Shown: positions 23,493 through 36,356, counted from the first letter of the stretch. The stretch: 64,000 nucleotides of DNA from TPA_inf: Saccharomyces (GCA_000146045.2 BK006936.2:128001-192000); one strand, 5' to 3'. Translations and numbers: made by a program. Notes: generated from the sequence alone by a model not told the origin.

Positions 23493-25610
23493 TCAACTAG
23501 CAATCAAGTCAACTCTAGCGCGCTTCCACACGTTGTGTAGATAAACTGGCTCTTCACCTTCAACAAGCGTCAATTTCCCGTCTTCAAGATCAGGGCATTG
23601 GACAGTAATTTGTGCATAGGATCCCCTGTTACCTGTTGCTCTAATAAATCTTCCGGGATTTATAACAACTACGTTTTGGACAACTCTTGCAAAGTGTTGT
23701 AATTCACTGGGTATAATCATTATGTCAGGCGAGAACCCACCAACAAACTCTGTTAGTCCCAGATAACTCACGTCTAAATCTGCACCAGATATATGTTCAT
23801 AAACTTTTTCTTCTTTGCTTTCCATATCATTGGTTTCCTTCTTCGTAGATACGTCTTTTGGTTTTATTCTTGTACGAATACTACCTGGAAATATGGGGTA
23901 ATACCTGCGCTGTTGTAAAATATGCTCAGAAACACGATCTAATCTATATCTTGATGAGGTAGTACCGCCTTTTATGACTTCCTTTAGATCTTTGAATGTA
24001 TCAACGTTTGAGCAACCGAAGTATATCTCATTTATTTGAAAAGATGAAGGATTAGCCATGCATTTGAAGTTCCTTTTAGGCAGCTGTAAAGCCTTTCTAA
24101 TTAAAGAAGCTTGTGGATATGCGGCGTGATTAGAAATTGCATCTTTTGTGGAGGGTATCAATACGGTTTGGATATGTGGTGATATGGTTTTTAGAATAGG
24201 AGTAAATAACTTCAAAAAAAGCTCGTCCAATGTTTTGGGCTGTGTCTTGAACTGGGGAAAATTTGGCAATTTACCACTCGCTATCAGAGGATGGGTGATA
24301 TCTATAAATGGGCCAAACATTATCAAGACGTGAGGTTTTACCTCATTATTTATACTATCGATAAATTCTTGCAACAATTCGAGGGAGAAGTTATCATTTG
24401 CAAAGTATGGGCCACAGGTCACGATAACCTTCAAAGAAGAACCTTCCAAATTTGCTTGAAACTCCTGCAGTTCCTGCGATGTGGACACTGGGGAGTTTGG
24501 ATAAGGTAGCGGCAAAATAGAGTTAACGGTGAAGTAATCCCCATTAGCATTTTTACCTTTGAATGCCACAATTTGGCCTAAGAAAAACGAAAGCTCGTTG
24601 ACCTGCGATAGATCTAACCTTACCCTTCTTCCAACGCCGCCCATTCTTGAGGTCTCTAGGGAAAGCGATTCTGGATTCAAAAACTTGTCGTAGGTCGGCG
24701 AATCTGGAACTATCCTTCCAACAGCATAAATTTCGGACTGAGATTGAATAGTTGGATCAGCGAAGTCGTTTGGAGATAACTTATAGTGATTTTGAATAAT
24801 CTTAGTAAACGATTCAATTTGATCATCGAGGACATCAGACGCTTCCTGTAAGTTTTGCCTCATTGTTCTGAATTTATACTTTTTAGCATCATAAAATGGT
24901 TCTACTTTGACCTGGTTATATGATGGTTCTTCAGTCGAAAGAAGGCCTACATTTGGATTACCAGATGATATTTCAATATTTTCAGGGTTCAAAGAATCCA
25001 AAATTTCACCAGCAGGAACATTTTGCCTCGATGTGGTAGGAGTGTTTGTTGTTGGAGTTTGGAATGTCGACGAGCCGGGAGTCTTGGCATCCGAGCTTTT
25101 AGCGTGGGACAATGGAGCACTGTCACCCACAGCATCTTCTGCCATGCCTGGAGTAAACTCCAATTTTAAAGAACTATTTCCTTTTTCATTTGTTTCTGCC
25201 TCAGAGCCTACATTATATGTTTGCTTGGAATCACTGAGTGAAAAGGGACCATGTAACTTTCTTTTTTTTAAAGTCGGAGTCTTTGGAATACTAAGGCCAA
25301 ACAAGGGACTTGAATTCAAACTTTTTTTAATCACTGGTTTTTTTGTGGATGTGTTTACCTTAGAGGACGATGAAATTTGGTTAGCACGCTTTTCCATTTG
25401 TAATTGTAAAAATTGTTTAAACTCATCTATGTTCTTGGAAGTCAGATCTGTGTGAGTTTGACGCCTTTGATTGGAGAACTGCTCCCATTTAATGTATAGA
25501 TCCTCGACGGACAATGCATGCAGTTTAGTTAAATTCTCTAATGCAGTGATGATTTCCGGCTTGTCTGCATCAGGCCCAAAATGAGTGATGACATCGATAG
25601 ATCCGCTCAT
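23493..25610 (-). CDS. POL12: DNA polymerase alpha-primase B subunit (705 aa)
   Basis: 705-aa ORF MSGSIDVITHFGPDADKPEIITALENLTKLHALSVEDLYIKWEQF...; length matches. Confidence 0.93.
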   Translation of the reverse strand: MSGSIDVITHFGPDADKPEIITALENLTKLHALSVEDLYIKWEQFSNQRRQTHTDLTSKNIDEFKQFLQLQMEKRANQISSSSKVNTSTKKPVIKKSLNSSPLFGLSIPKTPTLKKRKLHGPFSLSDSKQTYNVGSEAETNEKGNSSLKLEFTPGMAEDAVGDSAPLSHAKSSDAKTPGSSTFQTPTTNTPTTSRQNVPAGEILDSLNPENIEISSGNPNVGLLSTEEPSYNQVKVEPFYDAKKYKFRTMRQNLQEASDVLDDQIESFTKIIQNHYKLSPNDFADPTIQSQSEIYAVGRIVPDSPTYDKFLNPESLSLETSRMGGVGRRVRLDLSQVNELSFFLGQIVAFKGKNANGDYFTVNSILPLPYPNSPVSTSQELQEFQANLEGSSLKVIVTCGPYFANDNFSLELLQEFIDSINNEVKPHVLIMFGPFIDITHPLIASGKLPNFPQFKTQPKTLDELFLKLFTPILKTISPHIQTVLIPSTKDAISNHAAYPQASLIRKALQLPKRNFKCMANPSSFQINEIYFGCSNVDTFKDLKEVIKGGTTSSRYRLDRVSEHILQQRRYYPIFPGSIRTRIKPKDVSTKKETNDMESKEEKVYEHISGADLDVSYLGLTEFVGGFSPDIMIIPSELQHFARVVQNVVVINPGRFIRATGNRGSYAQITVQCPDLEDGKLTLVEGEEPVYLHNVWKRARVDLIAS

Positions 25611-25803
25611 TTTTTTTTTTTTCAGTCACTTGCTCCTGCCTAAATTTACCTTCAAGCTTTGTTGAACCAATTGACAATCAATTATCTTGATATTTTTATA
25701 TGCAAATATATTATGTATATGAAACAAAATGTTATATGTGTCTACAAAGAGCTCATATTATTACAGTTTTAGAAAAGAGAAAGAACTAAGAAACTCTGGT
25801 GAG

Positions 25804-25832
25804 ACGCGTCACGGTAAAAAAAAATTACGCGT
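25804..25832. promoter_or_regulatory. Two MluI cell-cycle boxes ACGCGT (25804..25809 and 25827..25832) about 195-220 bp upstream of POL12 ATG
   Basis: two exact palindromic ACGCGT hexamers 17 bp apart seen in sequence; MBF/MCB control of DNA-replication genes including POL12 is established. Confidence 0.6.
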
Positions 25833-25847
25833 CTACCACGCTATTCT

Positions 25848-28800
25848 CTATTCGTTTGAGGCGATGAACATGATCATTTTAAAGACATTCTTAGGCAAAC
25901 AATCGAATAATCGTTCGGTTTCTTGCTCAGTATAATCTGGAGTAGTTTGGAGGACTCTCAAACAACGAGCTAATACCACGGCACTGGTGAAGTTCCACGA
26001 AGTATTATCAGTCCCCATAATGAAATAGCTCATTGTTTGGATAATCTCTGATATATTAGATTTCTTGAATTGTTGGCAAATGGTAGGAGATTGCAGCATC
26101 TTCCATAAGGTCTCAATTAAAAATGTTTCTTTCACACCAGCGGTGTCAGGCTGAATTTCAGTAACCAACATGCTTAGAATTCTTGTTGCCGAATGTTTTT
26201 TGAAAAAGTGCGATAACATTAGACTGTCCCTGAACTCTTGCGCTAATTTATAGATTTCGTTTCCATAATCAGAAAATTTATTAAGCATTAAAAGGATCTG
26301 TTCCCATACTTCTTCGAAACACATTCTCACCGAAACGCCATCATCGTCGGCATTCTCGCTTAGTGTATTTAGAAACTTTTTCCAAACCAAAAGACAATGA
26401 ACGAGAATTATGGACTTACTGGATATTTTTGATGGAATTGAAGGCGTGTCATCAGTAGATTTCAAAAGCATAATAGCAACATCCAGTAGTTCATCAAAAC
26501 CATTTTCATTCGTCAACCAATCGGTCATTTTTTGATTTTGAAAACAAGTAATCAAGGGTTCGATCAGGTAATTTATATGTTTCATAGTGAACGATCCACT
26601 TTTTATCCTGTTTATTGCCTTTGACATGTGATTGAAATAGACATCAAAATCCATCAAAGTGTTGCCATTAGAATCAACCATTAAAAGATGACTAATTTCA
26701 TATACAGTCAAGGAATCCCTTGGGAAATTATCCATGATAAGCAAATGCATCTTCTCTGATTTTTTGTTATTAACTAGTTTCATCTTTTTGGAGTTTATGT
26801 CTTGTTCAGTTAGTGCTACGTCTCTTTCTCTCTTTACTGTGATCCTTTGCTTTTGACCCATATTCTCGTCCCCGTTTATTTTGATTGGTGACATTGTTTC
26901 CAAATCAGGCTTTTCATTCTCATTCCCATTTCCAATAAGTTTTTCTGGCTCATTTATTATCTTTGGAGGATCTGTACTGAATTTTACTGTTGGTTCATTA
27001 TCGTCCTTCAATTTCCTTTCGGTATTTTCACCACTGTTTTGAAAAATTTCACTTAAATTCAAATCAGATTTTTGAGAATTTTCCATATCTATATCATCTT
27101 CCTCCTTTGCTGGGTTTGGCTGGTCCAGTTGATAAACACTTACTATTTTCGTCATTTCTGAAAGCTTTTTATCTTTGTCATTATCATCATGAATAACTAC
27201 GCTGTCTGTGCTTGATGTTCTTTTTCCAACGTTATTCTTCAACTCTAGTGTTTTATCAGTTTCCAAGTTTTTGAAGGGATTAATCATTGTCATTTCCATG
27301 CATTTCTTAACATCATTTTCGTCTACAGCATCGTCGGATTCCTCATCCCCTTCAGATTTTTTATTGTCGATGGGAGTGAAGCTTACAGAACTTTCTCTAG
27401 AAATGATGTCTTCTACCTTAAAGTTGGCATCCTTCTTTTCAAGTTCATGACAGATTTTCATCTTGGTAGATACAATGTCAAAATCAGCTAGCAATTTATT
27501 AAAACGATTATTATCGAATTTATAAATTTCAAAAATTAGATTGAAATAACATGTGTAGTCAAACTCTTTACCGTAGATTTGAAAGAGTATCATTGATATT
27601 TTAGGCATGAGATCGTTCGTTCCTGACCTCAGAGTGTTATCATGTTTTATGTTCAAGTTACGGAAAATCTCTAAAAGTAACTTGAAATTATAATTGAAAA
27701 AAGTGGTTTTGTATTTCATATAGTATAGTTTGAAATCATTCGGACAATTATTGGCATTCAAGAAATTGAATAAATCCGCGATAGTTATAATCAAGTTAGT
27801 AAGCTCGTAGGGCTTTTCAGGATTCATTCTATTCTTTAAGATTTCCGCGTAATCAAAACTATTAATAGAATATAGCTCAATGAGGTAATTTAAGGGAACT
27901 CCATTTGTAAACTTCTCTATACTCAAAAATGGCTTGAAATCATTTGGTGACTTTATCATAATTTGGCGTAGCTTTTTCATAATCATGGGAAATTCAAATT
28001 TTGGGGCTGATGATGACTGTTGCGATGTCAACAGTAACTCCTTTTGTAAATACTGTAAAGCATCTTTGATCTGAGCTGGAAACGAAGCATCATTGAATTT
28101 TTTGTAAAGGGTTTCATATTCACCAAGTTTATTACTGCCTTTTAATGAGATTGGAGAAGATGACATCGAAACATCATTTTTATCCATATATTTCTTTATC
28201 AACGGGTTAGAGTAACTATTTGATAACTCATCAGTCAAGTCGATTTGGTTTGACGGAAAGTCATCAAAATTTGTGTAATTTTCAGATACTTTTGTGGCGG
28301 CAGTAGAAGAAGGAGGGGCACTAACTTTTCTTTTAGTAACATTATTATTATCTTTGGTGTTGCTGTTTGAAACAGAGTTCATACTGTCATGATGCCTTGC
28401 CCTTTTTTCATTTTCTTTACTTGAATATTCACTAGTAGACCTTAAGTTTGTTTTCAGCTTATTTGATAGTTTACTGGCTATGACACTTCCACCAGCTGTG
28501 ACTGCAGGAGCGTTGAGTAGGGAGGTGGAGGAAGATTGAGTCGGTTGGGCATAACTTGGATAGTTCCTTTTCTGCTCCAGTAAACTGGTTTTTCTTGAAG
28601 AATTATTCGAAGAGTGAGAGTACAATCGAGACGTTGCAGAGGAGGCGGAGGCAGTAGAGGACACCCTGGAAACTTGATAGTTTATATTCAAATGAGCAGG
28701 GATTGCCAATTCTGTTGCTTTTTTCAACTGTGGAGAAAAGGAAGAACTCAATAATCTTTTGGCATTTGTAGGATAACATTTGTAGAAATACCAAAAAGTT

Positions 28801-30389
28801 AACCTCATTGCCTCTCTAACGGTTGTCTGTGAATCTGAAATGCCCTTTTTTAGCCATTCTTCGATGTATATGATGTTATTCTCCAACTTTGAGGTTGGCG
28901 AAGTTGTATTTGAATTGTTGAGCGAAAGATTGGAGTCGTTGAACTTAATCAGGAAGCTACGCAGCAGTATTGCAGAGCAAAATCTCGGTGTTACGGTTTT
29001 CTCATTTATTAATAAAAAAGATAATTGGAATAGTTTATTATGGAAATGATTTATATCAATGATCAAAGTAATTAAACAATGAAATGCAGTTTGTGAAGAG
29101 ATTTTCTTGGTAGATGATAACAAGTTCTTGAAAATGACAAATATTTGGTCCAATATTGATAGGGGCAACTGATCGTTTAGGATATGGATTAGCCTCTTGA
29201 GGAAAAGTAATGCAGTTAATGATAACGTTGTCCTCAACGACGAGGTAGCTCTTGAAATCAACTCAATCAACTGCACCTCCTTTATTACAGTGACAAATTC
29301 CTCTGGATTATCTTTGGGAATGTTGCCGGATATAATGTTGTCTAATTCAATTATATTTGATTGCCTTAGCTTCCAATTTTGTTCTGTTTCCTTTACACTT
29401 TGGAACGGTGCCAACAAATTCTCCAAGTCTTGTTGTAATTGGTTCAAAGACTCATAGTTTTTTTTCATCGCTGGGTCTTTACTGCTCAAGTTGTTTGATA
29501 ACTGCGGCAATTTCGCTTCGGCTAATAGTAATTGAAACTCGTACTCTTCGTCAAACAAGGTCGATTTATCTTCTTGTGAACCATGCTGGTCCTGTGACTT
29601 TGCTAAACTTATGAATTTTTGCTTGAATTTCTCAACTTCTAAATCGTTAATAAATCCATCTATCAGATCCTGTGAATTTTCGTCATCCATTTTCAAATAC
29701 TTGTACATTATATCGAAAATAAGCTCTATTATTACATTATTGTTATCATCGTTTGCGTGTTCATTTAGGTTGTTATTTAAAAGGTTGGTGAAAGACAGCA
29801 TGAAAAACCTCAGTAGTTGCAAATGATTTGAATTATTTTTCTCGTTGATCTGGATCAACTCATCGATGGTCAATAATGTAGATTTTATCCTATTCAGGTA
29901 ATCTCCGTTTTGGTTTTCACTTGGTCTTCGCAAGAAATTTGCTAGAATAGCTTGGATCTTCGATGGATTAACCAAATAAATGGCTTCAATGGCTTTAATG
30001 GAAGCCAGCCAAAATTTCTTCTCATTAGGCAACTCGAAAATTAAGTGGTTTAGTAATTGCTCAACTAGAGTGTCATTGAATTGTACTGGAGACTGCATGG
30101 CCACACGTTTGATAAGGTAACAAAGCGAGGAATGTGATAGGAAGATTAACCGCGGGTACGAACGGTAAGCGTAATGGCCGGAGATGAACAGTAACGCAGC
30201 GAAATAAGCTTGGATCGACGATTCGTTAACTAGTTCCTTTTTTACATGTCCTTTGAACCGTGTAAGCAGTGCCATTTTTTCCTCGATGGGTACAGACTCG
30301 TCCTTGAATACGGTATACAAAGGGAAGGAATCGTCTGGATGTGTATTAGTGTTGCTGTTATTATTGGTCTCATTGTTGAAGGACGACAT
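25848..30389 (-). CDS. STU1: CLASP-family microtubule plus-end/kinetochore protein (1513 aa)
   Basis: ORF-track 25848..30407; Met7 [51 protein letters not shown]... gives 1513 aa. Confidence 0.92.
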
Positions 30390-30655
30390 TATTTCTGAAG
30401 AATACAAGGTCTCTCCAAAAACCCTAATAATTACCGCTAAATATGCCTGTCAATCGGATGAAGGGAAGTTTCAACCTCAAATGTAAATAAATAGATGTTT
30501 AGCGTTTTAGAATAAATAAGTAAATAATTTGATTTTCTATAAAGATGTTAATGCGCCAATACGCGCCGACGGGGTAACGCATTAAAATAACATGGTATTT
30601 TCGTTTCATTACAAAAAAAGCACTATATGTACTAATAATTATGCTACACTTGTGT

Positions 30656-31693
30656 TTATATTGCCAGCGTCGATGTTGATGACAACGCAGAGTTCATACG
30701 GTTTTGGTTTTGGGCTTCACTTGTCTCAGTAGGTTGAGGGTTTGTATGAAGTTTCAGAGGCTCCGTTAGTAAATGACCCATTCTTTCTATCTTGGTCCTG
30801 AGATAACCTTCTATCTCCTTGGAGTCTATGCCTTCACTGGAGTTTGTCCAGTGTATGGGTACCATAGGCACTCGTTCAACGCACTTAAGGTAAGGCGCAT
30901 GATCTACCTGTTTTATCTTTTCCGGGTTATTTGTCAGCAGCCTGACATTACCGATGCCAAGATCCAGCAAAATAGCCTTACCCAGCGAGAAGTCCCTAGC
31001 ATCCACGGGATGTTTCAGCATTAAGTTGGCCTGCACTGTGTCAGCACCTAAGTCTTGCAGGTTGTAGGCCTTGAGTTTCTCACCTAACCCGATGCCACGA
31101 CCCTCTTGTCTTAGATACACGATAACACCATGGCCGTTTCCACCTTTGATGTTGCTTGTGGGTTCGTGGTCGCAAGCGATAAGCCTACCGGCCCTATCGA
31201 ATTGTTCACCACAATCACAACGGGCGCTCCATGCGTTTTCACCGGTGTAACATTCAGAATGGATCCGTACCAGCGTGTCGTTATGGGCGTCCCATGTAGT
31301 GGCTTTGGAAGCTAATAACTCACCTGTACTATCATCAAACTCCAGAGCTAATCCGAGTCTATCGTCTTCGTCTGCCACAGTTCTGCCGGGATACAGTTTG
31401 CCAATATAAGCGCCCCTGATCATTCTATCTTGTTGCGTCTCGCACTGTCTTCTACGGAATAGCGAGCGCGACCGTATGTCTTCACCAAACACAATGGCTA
31501 GATGTTCCTTGTTGTCCCTGTTGTTACTGTAAAGATGTAAAAAGATATCCGGACCCTGTGTGGTTGGGATACGAGCTCTTGCGACACATTGTACTAGAGG
31601 CAAGCCGCCATCGCCGTTCCTGCCATCACCCGTACCACTAACCTCGTATTTGCTGCTATCCTGTTTACTGTTGTCGTAGTTATCTATGGTCAT
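30656..31693 (-). CDS. RIB1: GTP cyclohydrolase II, riboflavin biosynthesis (345 aa)
   Basis: ORF-track 30656..31891 (411 aa); Met67 MTIDNYDNSKQDSSKYEV... gives 345 aa; GTP cyclohydrolase II motifs (CxCGxxxDR..., RxxxECxTGE) present. Confidence 0.9.
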   Translation of the reverse strand: MTIDNYDNSKQDSSKYEVSGTGDGRNGDGGLPLVQCVARARIPTTQGPDIFLHLYSNNRDNKEHLAIVFGEDIRSRSLFRRRQCETQQDRMIRGAYIGKLYPGRTVADEDDRLGLALEFDDSTGELLASKATTWDAHNDTLVRIHSECYTGENAWSARCDCGEQFDRAGRLIACDHEPTSNIKGGNGHGVIVYLRQEGRGIGLGEKLKAYNLQDLGADTVQANLMLKHPVDARDFSLGKAILLDLGIGNVRLLTNNPEKIKQVDHAPYLKCVERVPMVPIHWTNSSEGIDSKEIEGYLRTKIERMGHLLTEPLKLHTNPQPTETSEAQNQNRMNSALSSTSTLAI

Positions 31694-32183
31694 CCTGTAG
31701 GTTTGTTGTAGTTTTATGTACGCCACTTTTTGTAATGACTCAATTATTGTCCACGCCAGCACAGCAACTTCTTTATATATACTATAGCGGCGCTGGCGCT
31801 CACCCCACAAGAGCGTCCGACTAATTTCTGACAAATCGTAAAAAGAAAAAGAAAAACTCAAAGGAAAAAGAAAAAGTCTCACCCTACACAACTTGTTTTC
31901 AAAAACGGTATAGACCCTACTATTTCTGTTTTAGCCCTATGCTAAGTCTAGACATTACCCTATCCCTTTTAACGAAAGCCCTTTTGTTTTTTTTCTGTGT
32001 GTCCGGCCGCTCAGCCAAACAACAAACAAGACTATAATCTGGAGCATAAGTACCCGAGCATATATAACTACTTGGCATACGAAGTAAAAGCATATTGCTC
32101 CCCACTCCTATCGCGCGTCCCCTGTACAACAAAGCATCAACTTATCGGGTAACTTAGAGACAGCATTAGTATATATACCAGCC

Positions 32184-33329
32184 ATGTCACAGTTCTTCGA
32201 AGCTGCTACTCCCGTTGCAATTCCCACAAACAATACCAACGGCGGCTCCAGTGATGCCGGCAGCGCCGCCACTGGCGGCGCCCCCGTTGTTGGCACCACC
32301 GCTCAACCCACCATCAATCACAGGCTTTTGCTGTCATTGAAAGAGGCTGCCAAGATCATTGGCACTAAGGGCTCCACCATCTCACGCATAAGAGCTGCAA
32401 ACGCCGTCAAGATCGGTATTTCTGAAAAGGTGCCCGGTTGCTCTGACAGGATCCTGTCCTGTGCTGGGAACGTAATCAATGTGGCCAATGCCATTGGTGA
32501 TATTGTTGACGTGCTTAACAAACGGAATCCCGAAAATGAGGACGCAGCTGAGGGCGAAGCGGAAGAGCACTACTACTTCCACTTTTTGAACCATATTTTA
32601 CCAGCTCCCTCAAAGGACGAGATCAGAGATCTGCAGCAACTGGAGGACATCGGTTATGTGAGGCTCATTGTGGCCAATTCCCATATCTCATCGATTATCG
32701 GGAAAGCAGGCGCCACCATCAAGTCCCTGATCAATAAGCACGGCGTTAAGATCGTGGCTTCCAAGGACTTCTTACCTGCTAGCGACGAGAGAATTATCGA
32801 GATCCAGGGTTTCCCAGGATCCATCACCAATGTACTTATCGAAATTAGCGAGATCATCTTGAGTGACGTTGACGTCAGATTCAGCACAGAAAGATCTTAT
32901 TTCCCTCATCTGAAAAAGTCCTCCGGTGAGCCAACTTCCCCTTCTACCTCATCTAACACTAGGATCGAATTGAAGATTCCAGAACTGTATGTAGGCGCCA
33001 TTATTGGCCGTGGAATGAACAGAATTAAGAATTTGAAAACTTTCACAAAAACCAATATTGTCGTGGAAAGGAAGGATGACGATGATAAAGACGAAAATTT
33101 TAGAAAATTCATAATCACAAGTAAATTTCCTAAGAATGTCAAACTTGCTGAGTCCATGCTTTTGAAGAACCTGAATACTGAAATTGAGAAACGTGAAAAC
33201 TACAAGAGAAAATTGGAAGCTGCCGAAGGAGATGCCACTGTTGTTACTGAACGCTCTGATTCTGCTTCTTTCTTGGAAGAGAAGGAAGAACCTCAAGAGA
33301 ATCATGATAACAAAGAGGAGCAGTCGTAG
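32184..33329 (+). CDS. HEK2: KH-domain RNA-binding protein (Khd1), 381 aa
   Basis: 381-aa ORF with three KH-domain GxxG motifs (IIGKAGATIKSL, IIGRGMNRIKNL). Confidence 0.9.
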   Translation: MSQFFEAATPVAIPTNNTNGGSSDAGSAATGGAPVVGTTAQPTINHRLLLSLKEAAKIIGTKGSTISRIRAANAVKIGISEKVPGCSDRILSCAGNVINVANAIGDIVDVLNKRNPENEDAAEGEAEEHYYFHFLNHILPAPSKDEIRDLQQLEDIGYVRLIVANSHISSIIGKAGATIKSLINKHGVKIVASKDFLPASDERIIEIQGFPGSITNVLIEISEIILSDVDVRFSTERSYFPHLKKSSGEPTSPSTSSNTRIELKIPELYVGAIIGRGMNRIKNLKTFTKTNIVVERKDDDDKDENFRKFIITSKFPKNVKLAESMLLKNLNTEIEKRENYKRKLEAAEGDATVVTERSDSASFLEEKEEPQENHDNKEEQS

Positions 33330-33698
33330 TATATACGTGTGCGTGCGCACGTCCCACACAGACAAAACAAACTATCATCTTAACGAATAATGTTGCATCA
33401 TTACTAGTTTAAACTGTATTTTTATTAAAGGGAAAAAAATGATTCAATATGTATATATTTATTCATGTATATGTATTTTGAATTAAAAAAAAACGTTTTA
33501 TAAATACTCAATAAAGCCGTTGTATTTTCTTTATTACTATCGAAATTCTTGCTTTAAACATTTCGCGCATCGCCGGCTAGAGGCACAGAGAGGGAAGGGG
33601 AAAATAACATGAAAAAATCGTAAGTTTCTAGGCAATGGTATAAACAAATAAACAATAAACATGCAATTACAGCTCTAGAACACATATTATCTTCATGG

Positions 33699-34715
33699 AT
33701 GAATGATAAACTCCAAGAAGAGCATAACGAAAAAGACACCACTTCACAAATTAATGGTTTCACGCCGCCGCATATGAGTATAGACTTTCATTCAAATAAC
33801 AATAGCAATATCATCGAGACTATTGGCGTTTCCAAAAGATTAGGAAATTCTGTATTAAGTGAACTGGATTCTAGAGCTAGCTCAAAATTTGAATTTTTAA
33901 AAGATCAATCCGAACAACAATACAACGGCGACAAGAACAATGAACCAAAATCGGGCTCGTATAATATTAATGAGTTCTTCCAAGCAAAGCACGACTCTCA
34001 ATTTGGCCAGATGGAGTCGCTAGACACACATTATACCCTTTTACATACGCCCAAGAGAAAGTCACAACATGCAATCCCACAGGATCGATCGGATTCGATG
34101 AAAAGGTCGAGACCGTCCCGCTCAATTCCATACACTACACCAGTGGTAAACGATATCACAAGAAGAATACGAAGATTGAAATTACGGAACTCATTGGTTA
34201 ATGGTAATGACATAGTGGCTAGAGCGAGATCTATGCAAGCAAATTCTAACATTAATTCAATAAAGAACACACCATTGTCAAAGCCCAAGCCATTTATGCA
34301 CAAACCAAACTTTCTAATGCCCACTACGAATTCTTTGAACAAGATCAATTCCGCTCACCGTAATACATCCTCCTCTTCGACAGCTTCATCGATACCAAGA
34401 TCTAAAGTACACAGATCGATATCAATAAGAGATTTACACGCCAAAACCAAACCGGTAGAACGCACGCCAGTTGCGCAAGGAACAAATTCGCAATTGAAGA
34501 ATTCAGTTTCCGTTTTTGATAGACTTTACAAGCAAACAACGTTCTCTAGGTCGACGTCTATGAACAACTTATCGTCAGGAACCTCTGCAAAATCCAAGGA
34601 ACACACAAATGTAAAGACTCGGTTGGTTAAAAGTAAGACAAGTGGTTCATTGTCCAGTAACCTTAAGCAAAGTACTGCCACCGGCACAAAGAGTGATAGA
34701 CCTATTTGGCGGTGA
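33699..34715 (+). CDS. SHE1: Mitotic spindle protein, dynein regulator (338 aa), S/T/N-rich
   Basis: 338-aa ORF; low complexity; length and position match YBL031W. Confidence 0.85.
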
Positions 34716-35040
34716 TTAAGTAATAAAAAAATTGCATTTTATAAGAAACATCATGTGATGACATTTAAAAAGTGGGAAAGAATACTACTAATATAAAACT
34801 ATTTACTGGATATTTAGAATTTTTTTTTTTTCTTCTTTATACGTAAAAGTTGTTCAAAAAATTTCATCGTTTTCTTTTTTTATGAATCTTTGATTCTTGT
34901 TGAAAAGAATTTCTAAAAAAATAGGAGGATAATAATATTATCAAAACAAATCGTGTCACTCATTAAACACCAAAAATCCAAAGAAGAAAAAAAGGAAAAT
35001 GTGAGAAAGAATTTAGATTAAGAATCAAGCCAGATTAGAC

Positions 35041-35997
35041 TTATTTGAACTTCTTACCAAACAAGATCATTTGCAGTTGGTCGTACATTGAGATAACACC
35101 AGCACCTGCGACACCTCTTAAGATGTTAGCACCACAACCCTTGAATAGAGAACCAACACCTTCAGCAGCAACAATCTTCCTCAAACAGTCAAAGGCACCG
35201 TCGTACTTAACAGCTTGACCGGAGGTCATCATCATTCTTCTTCTAACGGTATCCAATGGGTAAGAACATGTAGAAGCACCAGTAGTAACAACCCAACCCA
35301 ACAAGAATGAAGCCAAGAATGAACCTTCCAAAGAACCAGTCAACAATAGAGGCTTCAAAGAATCGTACATACCGAAGTATAGACCTCTGTAGACAACAAT
35401 ACCAACGACAGAAGGTAAGAAACCTCTGTAAAGACCAGCAACACCATCAGATTTTAAGGTCTTCTTGTAGACATCGATCAAACCGTTGAATTGACGAGCA
35501 CCACCCTTTTTAGAGGACTTGGAGTCAGCAGCCAATCTAGTTCTTGCATAATCCAAAGAGTAAACAAATAGTAATGACAAGGCACCAGCAGCACCACCAG
35601 ATGCCAAGTTACCGGCAAACCATTTGGCGTAACCTTCTTCCTTCTTGAAACCAAACATGGCCTTGATCTTGTCCTTGAAGGCGAAATTCAAAGCTTGAGT
35701 GGGGAAATAACGGATAACGTTAGCAGTGTTACCTCTCCAGAATGAGATAACACCTTCCTGTGTAGCGGTTCTCTTGAAACAGTCTAAGATACCTGCGTAT
35801 TTTCTGTCCAAAGTACCTTGTTTTAACATTTCATCTTGGTTTTGGATCAAAAGTTTAACTCTTTCGATGGGAGATGCAGCAGTTTTGGCGACAGCGGCAC
35901 TGACACCACCCATTAAGAAATCAATCAAAAAGTTAGATTCCTTCTTTGGAGCTGGGGCTGGAGGTAATGGGGTTTTGACTTGGGCGTTGGAAGACAT
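35041..35997 (-). CDS. PET9: Major mitochondrial ADP/ATP carrier AAC2 (318 aa)
   Basis: 318-aa ORF with three mitochondrial carrier repeats and the RRRMMM signature of ADP/ATP translocases. Confidence 0.95.
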
Positions 35998-36299
35998 GGC
36001 TATTTGCTTATATGTATGTTAATGTATGATTCTGAAGTATAAAAGAGCACACAAAAAAGAACAACGACAAATATAAATAATATAGAGGGGCTCCTTTGAC
36101 TTGTAGATGTATTGCAATGTTCCGTATAACTAACAGTGAATATATACTTTTTTGAGTGGGTTGTCGTGAAAAATTAATATTAAAAACTCAAATGGTATTT
36201 ATATTGTGCGACGACGTGGGCCCGATCGACGGAGACATGTCCCCGATAATCGCACCTCACCCTCTGAGAGTGGGGCCTTCTCATTGGCCCGCGCTCTAC

Positions 36300-36307
36300 A
36301 CCAATCA
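36300..36307. promoter_or_regulatory. CCAAT/HAP2-3-4-5 site ACCAATCA (rc TGATTGGT) about 300 bp upstream of PET9; two further ATTGG motifs within 70 bp
   Basis: exact match to TNATTGGT consensus seen in sequence; AAC2 is a respiratory gene known to be HAP-regulated. Confidence 0.5.
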
Positions 36308-36356
36308 GCATAGCGCATTTACCGCCTTTCGCTTGTTCTCCATTGGAAACAGTGCT

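Noticed and set aside
24907-25455. 182-aa ORF on plus strand
   Set aside because: It is entirely antisense to POL12 coding sequence, has no recognisable motif, and is typical of chance antisense ORFs in long genes. The same applies to 11704..11991, 20849..21139, 29197..29826, 32906..33365, 49953..50345, 52865..53272 and others.
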